64,000 bases of DNA from Bacteroides sp. CAG:545. Its GTDB lineage: Bacteria > Bacteroidota > Bacteroidia > Bacteroidales > UBA932. Below, piece after piece: positions 56,205-64,000 of this stretch (within the stretch, counting starts at the first letter, position 1; every line of letters begins with the position of its first letter). The notes beneath the pieces are model-generated. The model made no database searches and was not told where the DNA came from. It saw nothing but the letters and a program-made list of their open reading frames with translations. The translations under genes and the position numbers were made by a program. The DNA is taken from assembly GCA_000432515.1 (NCBI GenBank), contig HF996057.1, positions 2,905 to 66,904 on the forward strand, in the 5' to 3' direction.

Positions 56205-57887
56205 TCAATTGTCGTTTCTAACGATGGCTTGTGATACATTTATCATAAAGTCTCCCATTGCCTCCAATTCTGCTATCATATCGAGGAAATAGTTGAGAGA
56301 CTGATAGTTTCCAGTGTGGTGCTCTATCTGCAGAATGCCTTCTTCTCTCAGCTTGTTGCGAGTTTCGTTGATGTCATCTTCTGAGGCATAGGCATTGGAA
56401 ATGTCTTTGACTCCTTTCAGAGTCGTAGCGTTTTTCAGATTCTCAACCATTACGTCATAGCCTTTTTCGACTTTAGAACTCAATGTGAGTATCTTGGATA
56501 TGGAGTCGTCATCAAATTTTCTGTTATGCACGCGTTCTCTTTCCAATATCCTGCTTATGTTTTCTCCACTGTCGCCGAGGCTTTCGAGCTCGCCTATGAC
56601 ACGGTAGAGCACTTTGACCTGCTCTGCTTCTTCTTCTGTGAGATTGCCTGTGGAGACATTGCTCAGGAAACCTGCGATTTCATATTCGAGTTTGTCGGAC
56701 AGTTCCTCCAGGTGCACGAGTTTCACCCGGTATTCTTCGAATTTGTCAGGATCTTTTTCCATAACAGCATTTTTCACATTGTCAAAGCCGTTTCTGAGTA
56801 TTTCAGCGAAGTGTACGACCTCTTTGAATGCCTGTGAAATGGCTATGGCAGGTGTGCCGAAGTTGCGGGAGGTGATGTAAATCAGATTGCTGTATTCATT
56901 TGTTTCGCTGTCAGATTCCTGGACGCATTTGGTGACAAGTTTCTCGATGAATTTGGTGAACCAGGCGAGGATGCAGGTGTCGAACAGGTTGAAGAGCGTA
57001 TGGAAAAGCGCTATTCCGAAAACTCCCGCCCAAATGCCGGGAGCAATTCCCAATGCTGTCGTTATGCAGCCGACAAGGCTAATCAGCGGTTTGAATGCGA
57101 TAAGTGCAAGTACGGCGCCGAAAACATTGAAGAATGTATGTACCAATGCAGCTCTTTTTGCTTGTATATTTGCATCTGTGGCAGCCATGTTTGCGGAGAT
57201 TGTGGTTCCGATGTTCTCACCGAGCACCATAGCTGCAGCAAGGTCGAAATTGATCCATCCGCAACTGAGCATAACCATCGTAAGTGTCACAGCGCCAGTT
57301 GATTGCATTCCGAATGCCAGGATACATCCGATGGCCATAAACATTGGAACGCCGAGGAAATTGTTGGTTTGGAGTTCAGAAATGCGGTAGGCGAGTCCCT
57401 GAAGTTGGCCGGTACTTGGGAATGTGGACATTATGAAGGATACGCCGAGGAAAAGAAGACCGAATCCCAGGAGAACGTCTCCGAACACCTTGCGTTTCTG
57501 TCCCTTCATCATTGTCAGAATGAATCCGGCTGCAATAAGTGGATATGTAACGTATTTTATATCAATGAGAAAGCCCAACAGAGCAATTATCCAAGTGGTG
57601 AAGGATGCACCGATGTTCGCTCCCATTATGACGAGAATTGCCTGGCTCAGTGCAAGTACGCCGGCATTGACGAAACTTACTACCATTACGGTTGCCGCGC
57701 TTGATGATTCGGCGATTGTCGTTATGCAAAATCCGGACAGAATACTGTTGACAGGATTCTTTTTCATCCAAGGAAGGAATTTCTGGAGTCTGTCGCCGGA
57801 CAGTTTGAGAAGTCCGTTGCTCAGCATATTGAGGCCGTAGAGGAACAATCCAATGGCACCGAGTAGGGAGAAGATCTGTAAAAACAT
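56205..57887 (-). CDS. Na+/phosphate cotransporter family protein (NptA-like) with PhoU-like C-terminal domain
   Basis: ATG at 57887 gives MFLQIFSLLGAIGLFLYGLNML. The ORF track start at 57920 is a GTG. It has duplicated Na/Pi-cotransporter TM repeats and a C-terminal helical domain. Confidence 0.75.
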   Translation of the reverse strand: MFLQIFSLLGAIGLFLYGLNMLSNGLLKLSGDRLQKFLPWMKKNPVNSILSGFCITTIAESSSAATVMVVSFVNAGVLALSQAILVIMGANIGASFTTWIIALLGFLIDIKYVTYPLIAAGFILTMMKGQKRKVFGDVLLGFGLLFLGVSFIMSTFPSTGQLQGLAYRISELQTNNFLGVPMFMAIGCILAFGMQSTGAVTLTMVMLSCGWINFDLAAAMVLGENIGTTISANMAATDANIQAKRAALVHTFFNVFGAVLALIAFKPLISLVGCITTALGIAPGIWAGVFGIALFHTLFNLFDTCILAWFTKFIEKLVTKCVQESDSETNEYSNLIYITSRNFGTPAIAISQAFKEVVHFAEILRNGFDNVKNAVMEKDPDKFEEYRVKLVHLEELSDKLEYEIAGFLSNVSTGNLTEEEAEQVKVLYRVIGELESLGDSGENISRILERERVHNRKFDDDSISKILTLSSKVEKGYDVMVENLKNATTLKGVKDISNAYASEDDINETRNKLREEGILQIEHHTGNYQSLNYFLDMIAELEAMGDFMINVSQAIVRNDN

Positions 57888-58033
57888 ACCTAACTTAACA
57901 TAATATAAATTGTATAACACACGGCAAACCCGTATGGGAATACAAAGATAATATTTTATGGCTACATATAGCCGTAAAAAATCTCAGTTTCGTTCCAGTC
58001 GCGCACGGAACATCTCCAAAATACATTGTCATG

Positions 58034-58639
58034 TCAGAAAACCAGCGCGATTGTCAAGGCCAAGCCGATATTCAAGCTTTTGCTCTGGCCGAGTGATTCT
58101 TTCGGAACTTTCCGTTCGGCATACTTGTCGTAAACGTCAGGATGCGAATATGATATGCGTAGTCCGCCGTTCAGGTCCAATGCCAATTTCTCGGAAAGTC
58201 TCAGGCGATAAACATATCCTGTACCGGTTACTGCTGATACTGGTTTGGACTTTTGCAGTCCACAGCCGCCTTCAATATATATGGAACCGTGTTTTTCGAC
58301 TCCGTACCTGGATAGCGCAAAAGAACTCCGCAGGAGAACAGGAACGACGCACTCCTCTTTTTGAAGCCCCATGAACCCGCTTCGGACATATAATCCTAAA
58401 CGCTTGTATTCCAATCCTATAAGCCCCATCACCTCACCATTTATATGAGACCTGAAATCCAAACTTCTGCTGTCCACAAGATACCCTTCTCCGGAGATGT
58501 ATGAACTGTGGCTGCCGACGAGGATGGCTGAATTCACACCCCATTCCATACCATATCTGAATGACGCTCTCTCCCCTGCCTTTGTCAGCAGCGGAAAAGT
58601 CAATGCCAAACATGCCAGTATGAGTCGTAACTGCTTCAT
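58034..58639 (-). CDS. Hypothetical small outer-membrane beta-barrel-like protein (C-terminal Phe)
   Basis: Signal peptide MKQLRLILACLALTFPLLTKA. The sequence has an alternating pattern and ends ..LTIALVF. Confidence 0.35.
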   Translation of the reverse strand: MKQLRLILACLALTFPLLTKAGERASFRYGMEWGVNSAILVGSHSSYISGEGYLVDSRSLDFRSHINGEVMGLIGLEYKRLGLYVRSGFMGLQKEECVVPVLLRSSFALSRYGVEKHGSIYIEGGCGLQKSKPVSAVTGTGYVYRLRLSEKLALDLNGGLRISYSHPDVYDKYAERKVPKESLGQSKSLNIGLALTIALVF

Positions 58640-59164
58640 TCAGAATCTGTAATAAATGGTTATCTCCGGAATCCAGCTTCTGTAGATGCCGTTCTTGTAG
58701 AATTCGAGCGTTTTCCCGTCTTTCGTTATGTGGCATCCCAGTATAACATTGGCACTCAATGAAATATGAACCGGTACTTTAAACGCGAAATCGATGCAGA
58801 CAGCTCCCATCAGTCCACACATGTGGCCTTTGGATGTCCCGTGGTCTGCTACATAGCCCACAGATGCTCCGGGGCCGGCCATAACGCTGAACTGCGTGTC
58901 CTCGCCTATGCGTCCTGCAGTCAGCGGCATCAGCATTGCATAATCGCATTTTATACCGGCATTGTCATGCTTGTGGGAAAGTACATCAAGAATGTCTGCC
59001 GAGAGTCTGGCGACTGAAAGATTCTGGTTCCTTGACAAGTGGCGGAAACTGAAGCCGACGCTTTTGGGAGACGACAGCAAACCGATGTCCACTACCTGCG
59101 CAGAGCCTTTTGAACATATCAGAAGACACACGCAGACCATAAATATTGTCAAGGATTGTTTCAA
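58640..59164 (-). CDS. Hypothetical small outer-membrane beta-barrel-like protein (C-terminal Phe)
   Basis: TTG start and signal peptide MKQSLTIFMVCVCLLICSKGSAQ. It ends ..ITIYYRF and directly abuts the previous gene. Confidence 0.35.
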   Translation of the reverse strand: MKQSLTIFMVCVCLLICSKGSAQVVDIGLLSSPKSVGFSFRHLSRNQNLSVARLSADILDVLSHKHDNAGIKCDYAMLMPLTAGRIGEDTQFSVMAGPGASVGYVADHGTSKGHMCGLMGAVCIDFAFKVPVHISLSANVILGCHITKDGKTLEFYKNGIYRSWIPEITIYYRF

Positions 59165-59170
59165 TGCGTG

Positions 59171-60580
59171 CTAAATGTATTTCAATTCCATATATGTGGC
59201 GCCGACTTGAGCACCGAAAACTCCTCCTATAAAGCCTACGAGGTCACCTTTCTGGAGTTTGCCCTCATCGCACAGGATCTTGATGGAGTCGGCTGCGAAT
59301 TCCTCCTTGTCCCTTACCTTGTGGAATGGGTATGCCTTGATTCCGAACACGAGCGACAACTCTCTCATAGTGTAATCGTTATAACACATTGCATAAACCG
59401 GAACTTCAGGTCTGAATGTGGAGATATATCGTCCTACTCTTCCTGTATATGTATCGAAGACAAGAGCCTTGACAGGAAGCTCCTGGGTTGCCGCAACCAA
59501 TGATCTTGCAAGTACCACGGCGACCGGTTTCACTACCTTCCTCAAATCAAGGTCCAGGTTAACGTCGAGAGTCTGTTCGGTCTGCTGCGCTATCTTGGTC
59601 ATTGTCTTGACGGCTTCTACCGGATATTCTCCGTATGCGCTCTCACCGCTCAGCATAATCGCATCAGCGCTCTGGAAAATGGCATTGGCCACGTCCGTCA
59701 CCTCAGCTCTTGTCGGCCTCGGGTTCTCAATCATGCTCTGGAGCATCTGGGTGGCGATGATCACCGGTTTCTTCCTTGCCCGGCAGGCTTTGACTATATC
59801 CCTCTGTACCAATGGAATACGCTCTGCAGGAATCTCCACTCCCAAGTCTCCGCGCGCGACCATTACGCCATAGCAGTATGTGAGAATGTCGTCGAGGTTG
59901 TCCACTCCCTGCTGGTTCTCTATCTTGGAAATTATCTTCAGATGGCTGTTCTCGGCATCCAGAATCTCCTGGATTTCCTGGAGGTCCTTGGCACTGCGAA
60001 CGAAAGAATGTGCAATGAAGTCAATATTGGCCTTGATTGCCCAATGAATGAATTTCTTGTCCTTTTCCGTAACGGCAGGCAGATTTATATGGACATTCGG
60101 GACATTGACACTCTTGTGTCCTTTGATTACACCCTCGTTCATCACTTTGCATATAAGCTTGCCCTCTTCTTTGCCGATAACAGACAAATCCACGGAGCCG
60201 TCGTCAATCAGAATGTCGGAACCTACAGGAACATCTTCGGCCATGTGCGGATATGTAGTGTAGAGTCTCCCCTTTCGGCATGCTTCCGCAGGATTGTCAA
60301 TGATTTCTATGATTTCATCCGTATGTGCTACGAACCCCACGGCATCTGCCATCTGGGTAAGTCTGACCTCAGGTCCTTTCGTGTCAATGAGTATGGCGAT
60401 ACGGTCTGATACTTTGCGTACATTGTCCACTACCATCTGTGCACCCTCAAGTGATGCATGTGCGGAGTTGATACGGACAACGTTCATTCCGTTCTCGTAT
60501 AACTGCCTGATAAATCCTTCATCACATCTGTTGTCTGCAATAGTGCAGATGATCTTTGTCTTTTTCTCAAACATTTCCAT
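59171..60580 (-). CDS. pyk: Pyruvate kinase
   Basis: ATG at 60580 (MEMFEKKTKIICTIADN..). The VRINSAHAS, ILIDTKGPEVR and MVARGDLGVEIP blocks are present. A -7 box TACATTTG lies upstream on the minus strand at about 60607-60614. Confidence 0.85.
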   Translation of the reverse strand: MEMFEKKTKIICTIADNRCDEGFIRQLYENGMNVVRINSAHASLEGAQMVVDNVRKVSDRIAILIDTKGPEVRLTQMADAVGFVAHTDEIIEIIDNPAEACRKGRLYTTYPHMAEDVPVGSDILIDDGSVDLSVIGKEEGKLICKVMNEGVIKGHKSVNVPNVHINLPAVTEKDKKFIHWAIKANIDFIAHSFVRSAKDLQEIQEILDAENSHLKIISKIENQQGVDNLDDILTYCYGVMVARGDLGVEIPAERIPLVQRDIVKACRARKKPVIIATQMLQSMIENPRPTRAEVTDVANAIFQSADAIMLSGESAYGEYPVEAVKTMTKIAQQTEQTLDVNLDLDLRKVVKPVAVVLARSLVAATQELPVKALVFDTYTGRVGRYISTFRPEVPVYAMCYNDYTMRELSLVFGIKAYPFHKVRDKEEFAADSIKILCDEGKLQKGDLVGFIGGVFGAQVGATYMELKYI

Positions 60581-60851
60581 ATTATTTTCCAAGTACAAAT
60601 GTAGTAACTTTCAACCGAAATTATGTTACAATCATGGTATAATTCCGATATTGTTCGTGAGGAAAAAAAAGATTCCTCTTTCCTTTTCGCCAGCCATTCA
60701 TTATTTTTGCAATTTCAGGGCCGTCAGAACAGGAAATGCTGCCTGATTTTGCCTCAAGAATGCTGAAAAATGCGTATAACAAAAATGTTATACCGATTAA
60801 CATGTTTGTTATAATTATTGATTTACAAAGGTTTATATGTAATTTCGCGAT

Positions 60852-62162
60852 ATGGATACTGAAAAGATGAATCGACTGCTTCCTCCCCTTCCGGAAAGGA
60901 TGAGACCGCGTAATCTGGACGAATATGTAGGGCAAAAACACCTTGTAGGAGATGGTTGCGTGCTGCGGAATATGATAGCCGGCGGCAATTTGTCCTCATT
61001 CATATTGTGGGGACCTCCGGGTGTGGGAAAAACATCATTGGCCCGGATTGTGGCCAACTCATTGGACCGGGAATTCTACACATTGTCCGCCGTCAGTTCC
61101 GGCGTCAAGGATGTGCGCGAAGTCATCGACAAGGCCAAGGCTGACAAGTCTTCGATGTTTGGTACAGGAAAAGGTGCTCCGATTCTTTTCATTGATGAGA
61201 TTCACCGTTTCAACAAGGCTCAGCAGGATGCTCTTCTGGGAGCAGTGGAGGACGGTACGGTAGTACTGATAGGCGCGACTACGGAAAATCCGTCTTTCGA
61301 GGTCATCAATCCTCTGCTTTCGAGGTGTCAGGTGCTGGTGCTCAAGTCATTGGAAAAGGATGACCTTCAGCATCTGCTCGACAGGGCGCTGACTGAAGAC
61401 GAGATTCTAAAGCATAAGGATATCAAGGTCAATGAAGCTGAGGCGCTTTTCCGCTATTCCGGCGGTGACGCGCGTAAGTTGTTGAATCTGTTGGAGATAG
61501 TGGTGGACTCGTTTGCTGGTGTCGAGCATATCGTAATTGACAACAAGACTGTGGAGTCCTGTCTTCAGACCAATGCATCACGTTATGACAAGGGCGGCGA
61601 TATGCATTATGACATAATTTCCGCGTTTATAAAAAGCATCAGAGGTTCGGATCCGAATGCTGCCATATATTATCTGGCGAGGATGCTTGACGGTGGCGAA
61701 GACCCGAAATTCATCGCAAGGCGCCTGTGCATCTCTGCTTCTGAGGATATCGGACTGGCGAATCCCAATGCTCTTCTTCTGGCCAATGCCTGTTTCCAGA
61801 CTGTGTCTTCTATAGGTATGCCTGAAGGCAGAATCCCATTGGCGGAGACGACTATATATCTGGCTTCTTCTCCTAAGAGCAACTCAGCGTATCTTGCCAT
61901 AAACGAGGCTATGCAGGTGGCGTCGCAGACTCAAGCTGAAAGTGTGCCGATGCCGCTTCGGAATGCCCCGACCAAACTTATGGAAGAGCTTGGCTATAAC
62001 GACGGCTACAAGTATTCTCACGATTTTCCGGGTCACTTTGTGGATCAGGAATATATGCCAGAAGGCCTGAAGGGCAAGGTCTTCTACCAGCCGGCCGAAA
62101 ACCGCCACGAAGACGTCCTCGCCGCCTACCTCAAATCCTGCTGGCCCAAGTACTACAAATAG
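60852..62162 (+). CDS. rarA: Replication-associated recombination protein A (AAA+ ATPase)
   Basis: 436 aa with Walker A GPPGVGKTSLARIVAN, Walker B ILFIDEIHRF and a MgsA C-terminal domain. Confidence 0.85.
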   Translation: MDTEKMNRLLPPLPERMRPRNLDEYVGQKHLVGDGCVLRNMIAGGNLSSFILWGPPGVGKTSLARIVANSLDREFYTLSAVSSGVKDVREVIDKAKADKSSMFGTGKGAPILFIDEIHRFNKAQQDALLGAVEDGTVVLIGATTENPSFEVINPLLSRCQVLVLKSLEKDDLQHLLDRALTEDEILKHKDIKVNEAEALFRYSGGDARKLLNLLEIVVDSFAGVEHIVIDNKTVESCLQTNASRYDKGGDMHYDIISAFIKSIRGSDPNAAIYYLARMLDGGEDPKFIARRLCISASEDIGLANPNALLLANACFQTVSSIGMPEGRIPLAETTIYLASSPKSNSAYLAINEAMQVASQTQAESVPMPLRNAPTKLMEELGYNDGYKYSHDFPGHFVDQEYMPEGLKGKVFYQPAENRHEDVLAAYLKSCWPKYYK

Positions 62163-62216
62163 AGTGTGGTCTTGCGCAACCTGTAAGTCGCTGTGTGATA
62201 ACTGTTTAACTATTTT

Positions 62217-62251
62217 CAGAGTTAGTATTTTCCTAACTCTGATTTTGATTA
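62217..62251 (+). terminator. Candidate rho-independent terminator downstream of rarA
   Basis: CAGAGTTAG-tattttcc-CTAACTCTG followed by attttgatt. Confidence 0.45.
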
Positions 62252-62943
62252 AATAATTGATAATCTGTAACTTACGCGCTGCGCCTCGTGCCGCCGAACT
62301 CCAAGTGTGTACGGCAACAAGAAGCCCCTGTGAGGACCAGGCCCTCCCACTATCAAAAAAAGGGTAACCTGGCTTTTAGAGATCTCGACAATTCATTGAT
62401 AATCAACAATGTCCACAGAATACCGACATGCAGGTTGTCCGATAATTGACGCGTGAGTCCTTGCAGAACGACTGCATCGTCAGTGTCGGAACCGAACTTG
62501 ACATCTGGTTGTATCGCACCCATGTCAGCTCGTACAACCTTGCTGCAAATGCCGGAATCGCTGTTTCTTTTGCTCCCATGTTAATCTATTCTTGACATTT
62601 CCATGGGCAAAAGTACGGAACCGCTAAAAACGCTTCAATACGTAACCGCGAAGACGCTTACGAGAATCTGTCCTGAATATGTATAACCGGCAACAATGGC
62701 TTCGTTGAGTCAGCATGGATGTTTAGTTTTTTGCAGTGCGATGTGTATTGGATGACAGGTCCTCCTTTCTTGTGTGAGTCCGCATCGATAGATAAAGCGA
62801 GACGCTTACGAAAATCTGACCTGAATATGTGTAACCGCAACAATGGCTTCGTTGAGTCAGCATAGATGTTTAGTTTTTTCGGTGCGATGTGTACTGGATG
62901 ACAGGTCCTCCTTTCTTGTGTGAGTCCGCATCGATAGATAAAG

Positions 62944-63127
62944 CCACTTCTCTCTGGCGATTGCTAATAGAGGTGGCTGATGGGTGATTTGGGAAGGATA
63001 GCTTCGTGCGTTTTCGAACAACCTGCATGTCGGGATTTGGCACATATTGCTGACTGTCAATGAGATAGAATAAATATACAAATGCAGGTTATGTGAAAAA
63101 GCGGGTAACCTGGCTTTTGCTTTATTA
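62944..63127. repeat. Repeat unit B copy 1 (184 bp)
   Basis: cacttctctctggcgattgctaatagaggtggctgatggg...caacctgcatgtcgggatttggcacatattgctgactgtcaatgagatagaataaatatacaaatgcaggttatgtgaaaaagcgggtaacctggcttttgctttattag. It contains an internal 9-bp long-range inverted repeat (aacctgcat/atgcaggtt). Confidence 0.85.
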
Positions 63128-63237
63128 GCTAACCAGCTATGAATCAACACTTTCGCTGGCTGCGTGAATTTCAGGTTATTCGGTTTTTCCAAATAACAAT
63201 AGTCCGGTCAAGACGTAATCGCGGAGACTAGATAAAG

Positions 63238-63421
63238 CCACTTCTCTCTGGCGATTGCTAATAGAGGTGGCTGATGGGTGATTTGGGAAGGATAGCTTCG
63301 TGCGTTTTCGAACAACCTGCATGTCGGGATTTGGCACATATTGCTGACTGTCAATGAGATAGAATAAATATACAAATGCAGGTTATGTGAAAAAGCGGGT
63401 AACCTGGCTTTTGCTTTATTA
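63238..63421. repeat. Repeat unit B copy 2 (identical to copy 1)
   Basis: Direct comparison of the sequences. Confidence 0.85.
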
Positions 63422-63487
63422 GCGTGCGATGAGTACTGGATGACAGGTCCTCCTTTCATGTGAGAGTTCGGATCGATAGATAAAGCC

Positions 63488-63669
63488 ACTGCTCTCTGGC
63501 GATTGCTAATAGCAGGTGGCTGATGGGTGATTTGGGAAGGATAGCTTCATGTGTTTTCGAACAACCTGCATGTCGGGATTTGGTGCATATTGCTGAATGT
63601 CAATGAGATAGAATAAATATCCAAATGCAGGTTATGTGAAAAAGCGGGTAACCTGGCTTTTGCTTTATT
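63488..63669. repeat. Repeat unit B copy 3 (about 95% identical, few substitutions)
   Basis: Direct comparison of the sequences. Variants include cactGctctct, atagCaggtgg, ttcAtgTgtt and tggTgcat. Confidence 0.8.
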
Positions 63670-63950
63670 GTTTAACGTGTTGTGAATCAATGCTTTCGCC
63701 GGTTGTGTAAATTTCAGGTTGTTCGGTTTTTCCAAATAATAATAGTCCGGTCAAGACGTAACCGCGTATACGCTTACGCAAACTTTTATGGGAGCTAAAT
63801 GCTTATCGGGCGATACGGAGCGCCGAACAGCGGCATAGCCCGCGGCGAATTGCGAAACTCCCTGAGCTGAGCGTGCTCTTGCCGCAGTTCGGGACAATAT
63901 CAATGAAGGACGACGGGGGGCAAAAGGCGGGTTTTTGCACACAAGATTTC

Positions 63951-63995
63951 AGTCACGGGGGGGGCAAGAAGGCCTGATTTGCCCCCGTGACAGTT
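63951..63995. other. GC-rich perfect hairpin (13-bp stem) within a GC-rich tail at the window end
   Basis: GTCACGGGGGGGCAA-gaaggcctgatt-TGCCCCCGTGAC. The surrounding 63784-64000 is about 60% GC, unlike the repeat array. Confidence 0.5.
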
Positions 63996-64000
63996 CAAAA

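Larger units (their letters stand above)
62636..63783. repeat. Non-coding modular direct-repeat array (order A1-A2-B1-C1-B2-A3'-B3-C2) with conserved GATAAAGC junctions
   Basis: Unit A is about 147 bp, at 62651-62797 and 62798-62943 (about 95% identical). Unit B is 184 bp, at 62944-63127, 63238-63421 (identical) and 63488-63669 (about 95%). Unit C is about 107 bp, at 63128-63237 and 63670-63783. A3' is the last 66 bp of A, at 63422-63487. The start of A and the end of C2 share acgtaaccgcg.acgcttacg. Confidence 0.85.

Noticed and set aside
62658-63735. Minus-strand ORFs inside the repeat array (62658..62843, 62857..63192, 63208..63489, 63547..63735)
   Set aside because: They are open reading frames generated by the repeated DNA itself, sharing the identical peptide KAKARLPAFSHNLHLYIYSISLTVSNMCQIPTCRLFEN. 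Several need non-ATG starts, and they have no domain resemblance. The AAAGGAGGA string in unit A is not followed by a start codon at a usable distance.
62636-63783. CRISPR array interpretation of the repeat region
   Set aside because: The repeat units are 100-185 bp, far longer than the 24-48 bp of CRISPR repeats. The intervening segments are themselves repeated units, and no short unique spacers exist.

Overview
This 64-kb window looks like a Bacteroidales chromosomal segment of about 50% GC. The evidence is recurrent Bacteroidetes sigma-A -7 boxes (TAnnTTTG) upstream of genes, DUF3575 and fimbrillin (type V pilus) genes, a type III glutamine synthetase, a GH125 mannosidase and a DUF3467 gene.

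The content is mostly housekeeping and envelope genes: valS, tatA, tatC, an ABC-F ATPase, pyrD, queA, pyk, rarA, rlmI, rlmD, glnA(III), a P-type Ca-ATPase, M19 and M20 dipeptidases, kdsC, maf, cinA, MscS, CaCA and Na/Pi transporters. Several accessory or unusual features are also present.

- A truncated HTH (WYL-family N-terminus) gene sits immediately upstream of a DUF4268 nuclease-like gene at the left edge.
- A TonB-dependent receptor is inactivated by a 52-bp tandem duplication in its signal-peptide region, and carries a second frameshift.
- A type V pilus locus holds two DUF3575 genes, an anchor-like lipoprotein, three paralogous fimbrillins and a 754-aa OmpA-motif protein.
- An apparently complete mannitol-type PTS (mtlA EIICBA, ptsH, ptsI) is present, which I believe is uncommon in Bacteroidales.
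- A threonine-synthase-like PLP enzyme is a possible cysteate synthase.
- A NahK-like anomeric sugar kinase carries an acidic insertion.
- An orphan canonical promoter with no CDS behind it is a candidate sRNA.
- A 580-bp AT-rich intergenic island is densely populated with TGTAAACA/AATTTACA motifs.
- Most striking is a roughly 1.15-kb non-coding modular repeat array at 62.6-63.8 kb, followed by a GC-rich hairpin-containing tail at the window end. The array has three unit types A, B and C, of about 147, 184 and 107 bp, reused in the order A A B C B A' B C with conserved GATAAAGC junctions.

No rRNA, tRNA or CRISPR was recognised. Coordinates derived by hand-counting may be off by 1-2 bp.
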